Program-made: the position numbers and the translations under genes
The notes under the pieces: model-generated
What the model was told of the DNA's origin: nothing
The model's database searches: none
The model's input: the letters and a program-made list of their open reading frames with translations, nothing else
Assembly (NCBI GenBank): GCA_964187785.1
Contig: OZ076409.1
Location: 83,764,001 to 83,828,000, forward strand
Origin: Amphiscolops sp. MND2022
Lineage: Eukaryota
Direction of reading: 5' to 3'
DNA: 64,000 nt
Part shown: piece after piece, positions 11,214-26,200 of the stretch
Numbering within the stretch: the first letter of the stretch is position 1
Layout: each line of letters starts with the position of its first letter

Positions 11214-14200
11214 TCATGATTTATCTCCTCCACCTTTCAGCGAGTCTAGAGTGAGTGATTCCATTCGCAATTTACACTCAAGTTCCCTCGACCGTTTCAA
11301 ATCAAGAACTTCCATTTCTCGAATTTTCTGAAACAAATATAACACCTTTTCATCATGGAACAGACATTTCATACTCAGAACATGAAGATCGTTCGAATTT
11401 TGTTAGTGCTCACTGCTTACTGGGTTTAATGTAAAAGGGGAATGACAACAAACAATATCGCGTGACTGACCCCACTTCCTAATATGGGAATGTAATCAAT
11501 TAGTTAATGCAGTTCAACTCAAAAGATAACTGGTTCAAAGCTCACAAGTTTGAAAAAGAGAAAATCTTGGTAATTTCAGCGCCATTGAAGTGACAGGGAA
11601 TTGGTTCGAATCAAAACTTGTAAATCACTGTTTTTTGCCGTTTTCACGAGTGAGGGCAGTTCACTTGCAAAATCTCAGTCATTACTTGTGAAATTTCGGT
11701 GACAATCAGATGTCTGTAATCTTTGCCTTGTCCAAGCTTCTCCATGTTGTACAGGAAGTCTCGTCTGTCGTTGATTTCATCCCACACTGCAAAACATTTC
11801 CCAGAATTTGAAATTCGCCAAAGTGAGTAAGGAATACAATCAATATTTTTGCAACAAATATGAGATAATGAATATTCGTCATTTTCTAGCTTTGGCGATA
11901 TCGCAGTTTTTTGAGAATTTTCACATTATTACAAGAATTATTACATTTTCCTGGTGATTTCCCACAGTAGCAATAATGCCCAAAAAACTTGGCCGAGACG
12001 AGTTGATTAACTGATTTTGTCACTGGACAGAGATCTTGACTTCATGGACTATCCCCGGCTCTATTTCGGGTCGCAATAAAATCATTGTTTTTTTTTAGTT
12101 TTTTGAAAGTTTAAACTTAAACGCTGGTAATTTTCCGAGACTACGTAATTTTACACGATGGCTTTAGAGTTTTTCTCTTTCTATGAAATTCTTTTTGCTT
12201 TTTTCTTGCTTGTTCAGGCAGCGTTGAGCTTAAATTTTTCACTGTGCAACGATGCTGCGTCAAGTCAGGCAATAGCGTCAGTCAATTTGGTATCCGATTG
12301 GAAAGTCGCAGTGAAAGTGCCCAGAAAAAAGCATCATTGCCACCAAGCACCCTTGCACGAAAAGTTCTCTGTACCCGAAAAACCCAAAAGCTGGGCCGAA
12401 TGGGCGCGCTAAAAAAAGGGACCCTTTCAGATTTTTTTAACATCCATTCTGTTGCAAAACATCGAAAAAATTGAAGGCTCCCTTTGGAGAGGAATTTTTT
12501 TTGAAAAAAAGTCTCAACAGCGAAAAAACTGAAAGGGGTCTCTAATACCTTTAGTCTCGCCCGGTATTGTATGTTACGCGGAAAAAAGGAACAACTTTCA
12601 TATTTCAGTTTCTTGTGCAAAATGGTCCAATTTGACACCTTAAAGTTTCGTAGAACTATTTTGGTCAGTTCGTATGGATTGAAAAGCTACTGGGATAGTC
12701 ACGTTTCATTTCATGAAGCGCCGACTAAAAACAGAATTTTGCGGTCATAGGTTATTCGATGGGCAATGAATTGAAAAGTGTTATCCTGAAACTACAGCAG
12801 CAAAATGAAGCATTTCAAAATCCTGCTGCCAGGATGTTTCAAGCTACAGACTCGGAGAAGTTTTGCAAGATGTTGCTCCCTGAAATTTTCATGTTTAGTT
12901 TTAACAAGCCGGGACCGGCCCAAGTCGGCGCCATATCCAAGGCTCAAAAATAGCAAAAAGACTTCCAAGTGTCAAGTACTCTTTTACAGTACTCGAAAAT
13001 CGAAATTTTTTGAAAAAAAATTTTTCGAAAAAATTACATACTCAAAAAAATGGACCGAGTGGCGCGCCGGCGCGCTAAAGTCTCACAATGCCGAAAAACT
13101 GAAAGGGAGGACAATTTGAGGTTTTTCAACATCCATTCTGCCGCAAAACATGAAAAAATTGAAGAAAACAAAAATTTTCATTTGCGGGAAAAAATCTCAC
13201 AATGCCGAAAAAATCTGAAAGGGGGGACCCTTTGGGATTTTTCAACATCCATTCTGTCGCAAAACATCAAAAAAAAGCAGGGGGGACCCTTTGGGGAAAA
13301 AATTTTTTTCGAAAAAAAAGTCTCGCAGTGCCGAAAAAAATGAAAGGGGGGAGTCTTTGGTCTCGCCCGGTATGGTTTGTTACGCGGAAAAACAGGAAAA
13401 ACCATTTTGGTCCAGTTCGCTAGACCAAATAGTGCATTTTGATGCAATAATATTTTGTAGAACTTTTGTAGAACTATTTTGGTCAGTTCGTGTGGATAGA
13501 AAAAAAAGTCACTATAATAGTCGCGTTTCACTTCATGAAGCGCCGACTAAAAACTAGGCCACTTACTTGCATGCTGAATTTAAAAAAGTTCACTCGACCA
13601 GAGAAGGAACTTGGAGAATAGCAAACTAACATTCTTCGAATCTATCTTTCTTTTTCGATTGCTGTTCTTCGAGTTTCATCTGTCTCTGAATTTCGGCAAT
13701 CTTCTTTTGCTGTGCTTCATATTCAGCCAATGTTGTAGGACGTTTCTCTTCTTTCAGAATTTGATCCGGATCTATTCCCGCCATCTTCCTCACGAATTTA
13801 TCCTTTTCTCTTTCCCGATCTCTGGTCTGCGAGCCTGTAGATCGGAACTTTTCTCTTTCGTAGCCTCCACCGGCCATAATCTGCTCTTTGGTACGCATAC
13901 CCCTAAAATAAAATCGAGGGCTGGGAAAAACAAGCCAAAACGGCATAAGTGCACGTCCGTTTAAGGCTACAAAACCGTAAAGTACCTCAAATCGTTCAGA
14001 AACTGTTTTTGAATGATTCGCAATCTTAGTGTGAAAAAGAATAGAGTGGTCTTGAAAAAGCCAGAAAAGTTCAAAGGGAGGGAGGGACCTTTGGGTTTTT
14101 AAATTTTCCTTTTATTTCAAACAGTTTGAAGAGAGAATCCTTTTGTTGAGAAAAAAATTCGAGTAAAAAGTTGACCGGATTGGAAATAAATGACGAAAAG

Positions 14201-17200
14201 CCAAAGTAACAGTCGCGTTTCATTTCAAAAGCGCCGACTAAACGTTAGACTAATTTCCGCAAAATAGTGAACGATTTCATTGACAAATGTGCTAACAAAG
14301 CACCCTCATATATGAAATAAACAATGAAAGTTTCAGCCTTTGGCAAGTTTAGAACACACGACCTGATGTCTGGTATTCAGTGGCACTAACCCACTGGAGC
14401 AAAATGCGAATACGTCAAAACTTCTGAATATGACAGTTGGCATGTATCTTATAAAAAACAAGAGTCCGCTTAGCGCTCTTATCAACAGTCAGATGCACGC
14501 CTATGGTTTCAAATTCTCATTTCTCGCTACGATAAAGAACTTGTCGTAAATCAAAATGACAGCTCAAGTGACCTGTTCCGACTTGAATATAATTATGGGG
14601 CATGCAATTTTGCTAACGATAAAGATGCCGTTCTTCTGGAGGATCCGAAAGTGGGCTGTGGATTCCGAACAGTAGATTCGTACTGACTAGAAGTGGGATT
14701 GCAAGAGGTAGGGAGTGCAGCTCCATCTAAAAACAGATATTGCATATGATTGTTTTGCAAACAACAAGATCTTGATATCAGATGTTGCCGAAAACTATTT
14801 AGGTCTTACATACGGCCAGTCCATAAAGTGGCTAAGTCTTGAATTCATATGCGTTATGCAAAACCAGAAACAAGAAGATTTCAAGTTAACAGCCATAAAG
14901 CTTGGAACGAGGCTACGGTACAACTTTGAAGACACCCACAGTAGTCACCAAATTTTCCATGATTTCCAAGAACGTTGACGTGGCGTTTGGTAGAAAGAGC
15001 AGTCAGTTAGTTTCTAACTGAAAGTTATGTAGGGAAACTGGAAAAATTGAATGACGGGCTATTTTGAAAAGGGAGTAAACCTTTAGACTGGGGCGGATGT
15101 TGTCGAAAAACTGAAGCTACTAAGTCTTGTTGCACAGTCAAATGATTCCGTTTATATTCCCAAGGAAAATGAATCACACTTGTACTGCTAACCATTGAAA
15201 GATTCACAGACAAGAATTGGGTCTGATATAGCAATGCCAGAAGCAAAATGTAACAAATACATATCTTTTCTGTTCCACGCACTGATTCGGGAAAAAATCA
15301 CCTTTTCTTCAACCAATGGAGAATGAGAAGTACTAGTAAAGAGCTTCATTAACCTTTCAGAGACTGTTGGAGAGTTCTTTGTTGAAAGTTGGTCAACTTC
15401 GATTCATTCATCATAGCTGAAATAAGTCCAATTAAATACCAGTGCTGGAATGAAAAGTCAAATACTGACGATGTGTTTGAAATTCTTTGAATACTTTTGT
15501 AGCAATGCGCTATTTCTAATTTAGTTCATTTTCCCAACAGAGGAAATTGACTCAGAGACATAATAATTTCCAAAGCGGAATTGTTAGAGCATTTTATTTT
15601 CTAAGCGAATAGCAACGCGCTAAAAGGAAATTGGAATTCCCAAATTCCTTTAATGCTCAGCCAATAGGAAAAAGCCACGCGACAGTAGAACTGTCCTGAG
15701 CTGGAAAGAGAAATACAGGTACCCATTCCAACGCGGAACACTGAGAATTCACTCGCTCTCTTCTCTTCTCTTTCTTTCCTTACTTTGCTCTCTGACTTAA
15801 AACTCTCCCTAAAATTCAGCTGACAAAGAGTCCTGAATTTTAACTTAGAAATATTCTAAAGTCTGAAAAGCTCGACTTAGAAAATTATTCTATCTTATAA
15901 ACACCCCACTTCTAATTTACCTTCACTTTATAACAATTTTTTGAGACCTATTGCAAAGTTAGAAAGCGAGTCCTAAGTAACTAAAATCACCGGTTTACAA
16001 CATCTGGTGCGACCAGAGCAAAGAACAAAATCACTCCGCAATTTGTACGACCATAAAACCGAGCGTACAAAATAAATCTCTTTTCCCTGTGGTGGGTCCT
16101 ATTTTGCAAAACTGAAATATTTAAAGCAAATATTTCTGAGAAAATTCAAATTCTTGTTTTTGCAACACTTAGTATCTAAAGCAGATACTAAACAAAATGT
16201 CAATTTTTGCAACATTTAGTAATCTAAAGCAGATACTAAACAAAATTCATACTCTTGGTACTGAGTCTAAACAGTATCCACTAACGCTAGCTTCGGTATT
16301 AGCGTGTGCGGGTTCCGTGGAAGAAATTTATTTCTGACACACGAGTGTTCCTTAAATTGCACGATCCCAGCGAGGTTTCGCAAGAAATTGGAAAGTCCAT
16401 ATTTCACCTCGCCTGCTGCCTTGGAATCTAGCATTCCGTGTTAAGGCTTAAATACGCAGAAACTGTCCGTTTCAAAGGAGCAACAAAACTCCAAAAATAT
16501 ATATTTGCGAAAGGATCAAAGAGATTCCTTTGTGAACAATTTCTATATGTGTATTGGAGCAAAGAAACTTCTACACAAAAAACCAGCCTGTTATTGCCAG
16601 AAATAATAACAAAATTGTAAATTGTGAAAAAAAGGAGCAAAATAAACGTGATTAAATAGACAAATGGCAAACACTGTAGCGTACCCTGACTTACCATTAG
16701 AAAAATTCATTGGAATTGACTCAAGTGAAGATCCAACTGCCTTTATTCGTTTGTTAGAAAAGAAAATCAGCTTCTCGCTAGGAAGTAGACCTACGGCAAA
16801 TGAGAACGGCCAACAAACCGTTTATGACGACCGTAGAAAAGCACTTTTTGGATCAGTCCTACGCGGACCTGCGGCTGAGTGATTTGATTCACTAGACGCT
16901 GCGTTAACATGGGAAGAAATGAAAACACAGTTCATAAACAGGTTCACGGACGGAAAAATGCAATATAGATTCCGAATTGAGGCCGAGAATCTGAAAAGAC
17001 AGCCTGATGAAAATATAAAAAGTTACATCCACAGAATAAAAACGTTGGTAGACAAAGGCTGGCCAACACCGTCAAATGCGAATCAAGAGGCTATCACAGC
17101 ATGCGAAAATCAGAGAATTGGGAAGTACAAAGACTACTTCATAAGAGGCTTAATGCCCCCGGGTCTTAAACAGAAAGCCCATCAAGCAATGATTGAAGAT

Positions 17201-20200
17201 CCCAACAAATCATGGGACGCTTTACAGGCTCTTATCATAAATAAAGATATGAGTTTAGTTGTGAGTGCCGAAATGTCCGGCTTGCAACCTTCAAGTTCCC
17301 AAACTTCAACAGGGACAATGGACGCCCGTTTCACTAACAGAGAAAACATTGAATGAAATCACCAACATGGTGAAAAATCATCAAATCAATGCTACCTATG
17401 ACCCGAACAACCCAAAAATGAAACAAGACTTTACTAGATTTTGCAACTATTGCAAAAAATCCGGACACACAATCAAGTACTGTTGGACATTGAAAAAGAA
17501 GAAAGAAAACGAGGAAAAACCTCCTCCCCAACCAAAAGAAACATATGCGCAAAACTATCCAAGTCGACCCAAGTCTCCGAATAATAACACATCACAATCG
17601 GACAATCGGTCCAACGGCCAAAGAGGCAGAAGTAATAGTCCTTATGTTTCAAATGGCTATCGAAGCAGAAGTAACAGCTACTCTGGAGCTGTTCGGTTCG
17701 AAGCAAGGCCTGACAAGGTGAATTCTTTGTATGACACTCTGCAGTCATGCAATCCTTTAAACTAATCAAGTCTCCGAACCAACAAAGTGAGGAATCAAAT
17801 GAAACCCCTCACATTCCAACTGCTGGAACGTCCGGCCAACATTTTTATATAGAATTATTTCAATACGCCGTCGGAGACAAAAATAAAAATAATGGCCTTA
17901 GCACCCAATTTCTCAAAGATACTGGCGCAACGTGCTCCATTATCAACCGTGAGACATTCACTGAGATTAACAAAATTCAGCCTTTAGTTGTAACGCCTCT
18001 CGAGAAATCGCCTTTAGCTGCTAATGGACACGCAATGCCCATGAAAGGGAAAACTATTATTCAGTCTGCGTTTGACGTAGAATATTCTTGTGTGATCGAA
18101 CACACTGTTTATGTGTCTGATTCCCCCGAGGCGAGAATGAACATTCTTGGAATGGATTTTTTGGCAAATTTTGGTGAATTCATTAACTTGAGAAATCCAA
18201 TGCTAATTTTAACGGTCTTCCCCGGCAAATGTGTTAAACTGTCACCTTATTTAGACAAGCCTTTTCCCTACTTCTCCCAGGTTAATTCAGTAGAATTGAC
18301 TCAAGACATTACAATTGCCCCGTATTCGACCCGAGTTTTGAGTTTAATTGCTAGAGATGAAGATAAACATTTGTTCAAACAGGGAACAAGTTTCCGTTTA
18401 CACCAAGACATTTTAGATACTGGCATTTACACGTATCACGTGTATTGCTCACAAGACGAGTCGAAATATCCTTTAATGCTGAACAATCCGAACCCGAACA
18501 GTATTACTATTCGTAAAGGAATTCTTGGATACACATTGCTCGACAGCGTCCAAGAGACCTCGCAATTGATGAGTGTCGTTGACAATGTCGCTTTCATTGA
18601 GTATCTCAAAACTTCTGAGTCTCAATGGAACAAGGATTTACACGTTTGTTCGACCGAACCGTATATTTATTCCTTAACGGAAATTGATTCACGGAAACAA
18701 ATGGCCGAAAGCGCTATTTCGCAAAATGAACTGGCTACTGATTTCTCCAATGAGGTGAAATCATTACAACCGAAAATGCCCAAAATTGCTTCCGATATTA
18801 AAAGGAAACAACTCGACGATGAATTTTACGCCGAGTTTAGTCCCGCCGAACGCAACTTTTTAGAAAAGTTCGACTTTTCTGAATCTGATATAAATGACCG
18901 TGAATTACAACATCTTCTCCGAGTTTTAGTTGAAAACAATGACGTGTTTTCAAAATTTACTTATGATGTTGGAAAAATCACACAAGCATTTCATGTACAA
19001 TTGAAGAAAAACGCCGAATTACGAAAACAAAGGCCCTCAAAAGTCCCTCTGCACTACAGAGACCGACTTGAAATTCTTCTGAATGAACTGCAACGAGCTG
19101 GAATCATTCGAGAAATGGGAAATGATGTGGAAATGGGTTCCCTATTCACAAACCCTATCATCATTTTACCAAAAGGAGATACCGTGAAGCTTGTGATTGA
19201 CGCACGTTATCTTAACTCAATCACTGACTTGACTAACTACTCATGGCCCCTTGAACCAGTACAAATGTTACTGACACGACTTGATGGAGTTTATTACACA
19301 ACGAGTGATTTAGCTTCCGCCTATAACCAAGTACCCCTCACCGAGGATACGAAGAAGTTGACAAGCTTTATTGTTGGTGGAAAACAGTACATGTTCGAAC
19401 GAGGATTCTATGGTCTTTGCGGACTACCAAACTTCTTCAGTCGGATAATGACTATTCATTTCGCTGAAATGATAGCCAAGAAACAAGTGATAACATATAT
19501 TGATGATGTTATCTTACAGGCAAAAACCAAACAAGAAATGTGGAATAATTTGGATTCATACTTCAAGTGCTTGAGATCATCAGGTCTGAAAGCTGCACCG
19601 AACAAAACAAAACTGTTCTTGAGGAAAGTTCAGTTTCTTGGACACATTGTCTCCGACAAAGGAATCCAGCCAGTAGCCAAAAAGGTACAAGATTTGAAAA
19701 ACCTGAAAAGCCCTGAGAACAAAAGAGATGTAATGCGCATCTTAGGAAGTTTAGGTTTCTACAGCACCTTCATCAAAAATCTACATGTAGATTCGAAACC
19801 TTTCTACGAACTTCTGAGAGATGACACTCCATTCAAATGGACAAAAGAGCATGAGAACTTGTTCCAAGACATAAAAAATAGAATCAGCGAAGAAACCATC
19901 TTAGCTGTACCAAACCCAAAGTATCCGTTCCACATCCATGTCGACTCCTCCAGTATTGGTACGGGATCAATCTTAATTCAAGATTTTCCTTCCGGGAAAC
20001 GTATAGTTTCCTTCAATTCGCGAGTCTTTACAAAGGATGAACAAAAGATGTCAACGCTACATCGAGAACTGTGCGGAATCATTTCTGCTCTACAAACGTA
20101 TGAGCATTTCATAATTGGATCTCGGCATCCCATCAAGGTATTCTGTGATCACAAGCCCCTCCTGTATCTATGGGCACGCAAAGGAAGATTATCTCATAGA

Positions 20201-23200
20201 TTCTTCCGCTACCAAGTGATTATCACTCAGTTCACTAATTTGCAAATCATTTGGACCCCTGGAAAGAATTTAGCGTTTCCAGATTTGCTGAGCAGGAATG
20301 TGTCGTTGAAAGATCTCAACGGTCACCAATTACTTCACAAAGAAATTCCAAAAGATATAAAGTTCTTCAGCCAAAGTGGACACGAAGTTCAGTATCTGAT
20401 AGACCACAACAGCCCTGCTGAAAGCGCCAATGATGATTTTTACCCAATTGTTTGCACTCACCTGGGTGAAACCAAGAAACTTCACCTGAAAAATGATGGT
20501 ACAGATCTTATTTGTACGGTATACGATCCAAACTCTCCGAAAGCGCTCTTTGATGTTTCTGACTCCTTCCGTGAAGGTAAGGACATCAACATTCGACGTA
20601 AATGGCAAACCCCACCAATGGTTGTGGAAGCCGAAGTTCAGGAAAATCATTATTCCGAAATTGACTGCGAAACTGACAATAGTGACAATGAGGCTTCTGA
20701 CGAAGATCCTCTATTGAACACAGAGGTTGTAAATGCATCTAAAGAAGATGTTCCTTTCATCCTCCCCATTTTCACCATTCAAGACTCACTACAACCATTG
20801 AAACTCGTTACCGATAATCTAGATTTAAACAATATTTTGGCAAACCAACAGGATGACCCAGTCCTGAACACTGTTAAATCATGGATAATTAAAGGCAAAG
20901 TGCCGTCAAAAGATGTTGATTCCCGACAATGCAAAGGATTACTCGGTTATTCAAATCAATTTGAAAAATTGTTCATTGACGAAGAAACACACCTTGTTTG
21001 TAAAACTAGCAAGCATTCATCACGACAAATATGTCTGCCCCGCAACTGTTTCATTGAAGCTTTCAATGTTGCACACGATCATCGGCTTTCAGGACATCCA
21101 GGATGTGAAAAGACACTTTCGTCTCTGAAAAGATTTTTCTATTGGCCTGGTATGTACAAATGGGTAAGGACTCTAACGAAGAGCTGCCTGATCTGCCCAA
21201 AAAATAAACAAATCATAAAGGATCAAAACACCGCTCCCAACGAAAAATGCGGAGAAGAAATTCCTTATCCCTTCCACACTGTTCACATTGACCACAAAGG
21301 ACCTTTGAATCCCATGAGTGACGGAAAACATCACTGTTTAGTTGTGATTGACGCATTCTCACGATTCATACAAGTTTACCCAGTCAAGTCGACTGATGCA
21401 AGTAATACTATTGAAGCCATGACTTCTTTCATTACTTCATTTGGTATTCCTCAAAAACTTGTATATGATAGAGGTACGTCGTTCATGAGCACTGATTTCT
21501 CAACCTTTCTCTTGGATTTAGGCATAACGCATGCCCCAAGAACTAAATGGTCCCCTTGGACTAACGGCAAGGTTGAAATCCAAAACAAACACCTCAGTCG
21601 ATACTTTCGATGCTATCTTTCCGAAGCAGGAAATAATTGGGCCAAGCTGGCTCCTCAATTCGCCTTTGCTCATAACACTTCAGTGAACGCCAGTACAGGA
21701 GCAACTCCCTATGAAGTTGTTTTCGGATTTAAGCCACAAATTCCGATTTCGTTGAAACTAGGTCTCGTAAGAGACGACAATGATTTGTGTCAATCCGAAT
21801 TCTGTCAGTCTTTACCTGACCATTCACACATGAATAAAGACACGAATCATTCTTGCATTGACTCCTTACTGACGTCAAAATGTTCGTTGGATTTGTTACA
21901 CAGAGAAACACAATTCAAAAACATATACAGAAAAGTATATACCAAAGTTCGTAAAGCGAATCATCGATCTCTGCCGTACCGAAACAAGTACAAACTCGCT
22001 AAACCATTACGAGTTGGACAAAAAGTACTACTCGAAAATCATCAAGTCCCATTCGGGAAATCACAAAAGTTGTGCGAGCTCCGAAGTGGACCGTACACTG
22101 TGACTAAAGTGATCACGAAAGTGAACTACCAAGTCGCGCTCGATTCGGATCCAACGAGGATTCAAGTCGTTCATCGTAATCATCTCGTTGAATTCTTCCC
22201 TCGTGACAATGATTTACCGACTTTATTGTCCAATTACGAAAAGCCTGTCAACGACGACAGAACCGAACATTTTTACAACGAGTATGCAAAGAATCGATCT
22301 CCGAATTGAACAAACCAATTGAAACGCTTGCTGAACGACAGCACGTAGAAGAATACTTACCTATTTTTCCCGACGCTCCTGGTCCATCCAGGATGAACAC
22401 GACTTATAGTTCGCCTGCTAAATGCGGCTCTGCTCATTCGACACCGAATTTCTTAGCGAGCTCCCCCGACTCTGGCATCCCGCAGTCATCTCAAACCCCT
22501 AATTCATTTCAAGGAGAATCGCCAGCAATAACCAGTCAGCCAATCACACCTAGTCCTTTGCCTCGCACTTTTAGTACTAACCCAAACAATATTCCTTCAA
22601 ATAGCACTGCCGCTGCTCCACGCTCAAGAAACACTGGAACGTTACGAAACATTCCTAGAGAGTGGTACGGAAAGCCTTATTTCTAATATTATTATCATTT
22701 CTCTTTTTCTACTCTCTCTCGCCAAATCATTCCCAACAAATCCTATGCAAAGCGCATGTGTATAACTTTCTACTGTTTCTATCTCTATTTATACAAGATG
22801 TTTTATTTTATTCTTTTCCTTTTTCCTTTTTCTTGTGCAAGTGATGACTTTGACAATGTGTCAAAGAACTTGTTTGTATCTCATTACGATTGCACAAAAA
22901 TGCAAGACAATCGAATGTACTCCCTGAATAAGGTAGCAGAATGCAAGATTACACCAGAAAACTTGTATGTCACGCCGGCTACTATCACACTTTATCAGAA
23001 GAACTACCGGACTGACCTGGCAGCAACAATGTGTTCTGTCAAGGCCCATGTCTTCCGCTACAATTGTGGAATGTTTTCGCATTCGTCCTACGTTCATACT
23101 CAAAATAGTATAACGTATGACCTCATCGTTACCCCTGAAATGTGCCGACAGGCATCAAAGACGAACAAAATTAAAATTTCGTCTTTTAGCGAAAACTTCG

Positions 23201-26200
23201 ATGCCCCAATTGAATTCGATACAAAGAAACAATCGAATTTCAATGATGGACAATCAGTCCGCACAACCATTCATTGCTCAAGTGGTCAAGTACAGCACTA
23301 TACCTTCGAGACGTTCATGCAACGTGTGAATTTGACATTCGATTACGGAACCAAAGAGGTTTCCAATCCAAATAAACAAAAACTGCCATGTCTTTTAATG
23401 GAGGGTGGTTGCGAGACCACTACTTTAGACCCATTCGCTTACACGTGGGATACTCCCGAAAACTGCGTGATGACAAAAATCCTCACTCAGGAAGCAAAAA
23501 TGCTTAAGTATCCATTGTCAACGAACAGAAACGAAAACCAATTTTTCCTAATCAGCGAATATAATGAGACTGGCAAAGGAATGAACCTCAAAATAAAAGT
23601 CTTCCCTGAAAGCTATGAGCTATGTGGGAAACCTGAACGATTGTTCAAAACAAATTTTGAGAGTCTATTTGTGACTTACCAAGGAGGTTTCGCAATGCCA
23701 GGTGGAGAACTACGAACTAAAGAACATGCTTTTAACGCCTACCAATTTTCCATTGACAACTCTAGCCAGGTCTCTTATTCGTCATTATCTTTCAGCAAAT
23801 CAAATGGCCAATGGATTGGTGCACAGCCTTGGCATACCGTCGGCGCGGATGAAATTGATTATGAATTGCACTTGGGAACAAAGTTAGACTATATAATGTA
23901 CTTCAATGCGAAGCAATTGAGGCATTCTGAAATGACACTTCTGCAGAGTCAATGCGAACTCGAACGAACTCAAATGTTAACTATTTTAATGTTAGCAATG
24001 CAAAACACAAGACTTGCCGGTTACATGTTAACTGGAAACAGGTCTATGTTCCTTGACACCGATGGAAGTGTCGCATGGTTATACCATTGTCCGAAGTTTT
24101 TGTCGCCCTTGAAAGTGCTTGATAAATGTTATGATCGAATCCCGATCATGTTTGAACGGTCTACGAAATTTGTAGATCCTATCACCCGTCAGACTTATGA
24201 TTTTGCATCCGAGATACCCTGTTTGGGAGATTACACATGTGTTTCAACTTGATCTCGAAAATGACAATTCCTGGTACCAACTTTTACCTGAGCCCATGCC
24301 TTTCAATAAACCTTTGTTGTTCAAGCCAACTGAACTTGGACATATTACTCAGTTTCCAACTTTCGACACCAGGCGTGCTGGAATGTACACCCCAAATCAA
24401 ATGAAAAATTTTTGGGATAATGTAATCCACAACTCTGCTTCTGATACATTATTGAAGAAGCTTACTCGGACTATTTTGACTCGAGGTAACTCAGTTCGAA
24501 TTTCCGAACCGGGAAACTTGGAACGTCTTTTGAGTCTAAATGATAGACTTCTGTTGGATCACTTGTTGACGCCTTCTTTTTTCGTCGATAAATTCAAGGA
24601 AACTTTTGGCGAATTGGGATATATTATCCAATGTTTAGGAAACTTTTTTGCTTGTTTCCTTTTGGTAAAGTTCGTTATTGATGTTGTTGTCATCGTCCTC
24701 CGAGGACTTGAAATTCGAAAAGTTTCCGGTGCCACTTTTGGTTTTGTCAGAACTATGTTAGGCGCAACTTTTAATTTATTTGTTCTCTCACTTCAGACTC
24801 CAATGTACGAAAATGAGGAAAATAAAAGGATTTCAAATGGTTTCTCGCAGAACCCTGCAGGCAAGACCTATAGCTGCACCAATGTACGAAGAAAATCCGA
24901 CTCTTTTGTATCCTCAAGTACATCTCTTGAACAATCCGATTGCGATTGGTTCTACTCTTAATGAAAGACAAAGAGCTGACTCAAATGTATTAAATCAAAC
25001 AGGAAATGCTCCTAGTACATTAAATACCTTTTTACAAAATAACAATGGCAATAACAGTTCTGGAAATGCTCCGACTACTGTCAATGAAAATGCTCCTAGT
25101 ACCTCAAATAACAACAGTAATGGAAATGCTCCATTACCCCCACCATAAAGTTTACAAAAAACGTTTACTCTTTAGTGAAATTTCTCTTACTTAAAAGTGA
25201 TAAGGCTTCTTGGAATAGATACCACTGTGATTGTTGATGTTTTTCTTCTGGTCACAAACATAATGACACAAGCACAAATTGACTTACAAACCCTATATAA
25301 CTCGCTTTCTAAAATTTAGTACAGTCGCCAACTACTTAACCTCAAGCCTAATACCAACTATTTATTCTCCAGTTACTCCACTTATCCAGTTCTCTTGCTT
25401 TTGATATTCACTTTTCATATTCAACTACAAATATAATTTATAATGTCGGATGCTATTGACTTGTTCGAACCTGAAGGTTTTATCCCCAACGACTTACGCC
25501 CTCCTAATGTCAACTTCCGATCACGAAAAACTAAGCGGGTAAAGCCCTGCTTCCCCAAACCCTTCAGGCAGGCTAACAAAAGAATAGCCCCTGAAGCTCC
25601 TGAGCCAAATTGGCCGAAAAAGACATCCAAATTGGAAAATGATATGAACTTAGACCCTAACCGCCTGTCAAAGAGACTCGGTGATGGGAAAATTAAAGGC
25701 CCCTCGTGCGTGTCAATGAGACTCGACGACGGGTTACCCAAAGAAAAAAATTGGTTTCCAAGCCTTAAAGAAAGACTTGATATCCAAAAGTCCCGAGAGA
25801 CAAATATAGATACAGACGACCCAAAATTCATTAAATTCCTGAAGTATGGTATAAGGAAGGACCATAATGAATGGTTCCTTGCCACACCTAAACAAGGAAT
25901 TGAACTTGTTAACAAGAAGTTGAATTGTTCCATTGTCATTCCCCCTGAACGCTGCCCCGCTATAAACATTAATCTACCAAAGGAAATGAATCAATGGAGA
26001 CTAAAAGATCGTCTTCCCGAAGAAAGGAAGTACGTAATCTACAACCATCAAATTGATTCTCTAATTAAAGCCCCCTTTGGTGTAATCACCGCGTTTCCTG
26101 ACGACCCAAACCCCCTGTTTAACGACAACGCCAGTACTTGTAGCTCGTCAATCAGTACACCAGCTTCCAAGGAATCACATCATGATAATTCCCAAATCTC

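Noticed and set aside
12759..13557. Short Lys/Phe-rich ORFs here and at 8192-8811, 32990-33621 and 40684-41105
   Set aside because: Chance ORFs within A/T-run-rich Helentron-like repeats.
14570..14617. Premature stop making EVG1 a pseudogene
   Set aside because: The TAA is included only if a downstream donor near 14572 is used. The phase-compatible GTTAGC donor at 14617 avoids it.
25421..25969. 182-aa antisense ORF inside the provirus
   Set aside because: It shadows ORF4 on the opposite strand and has no recognisable features.
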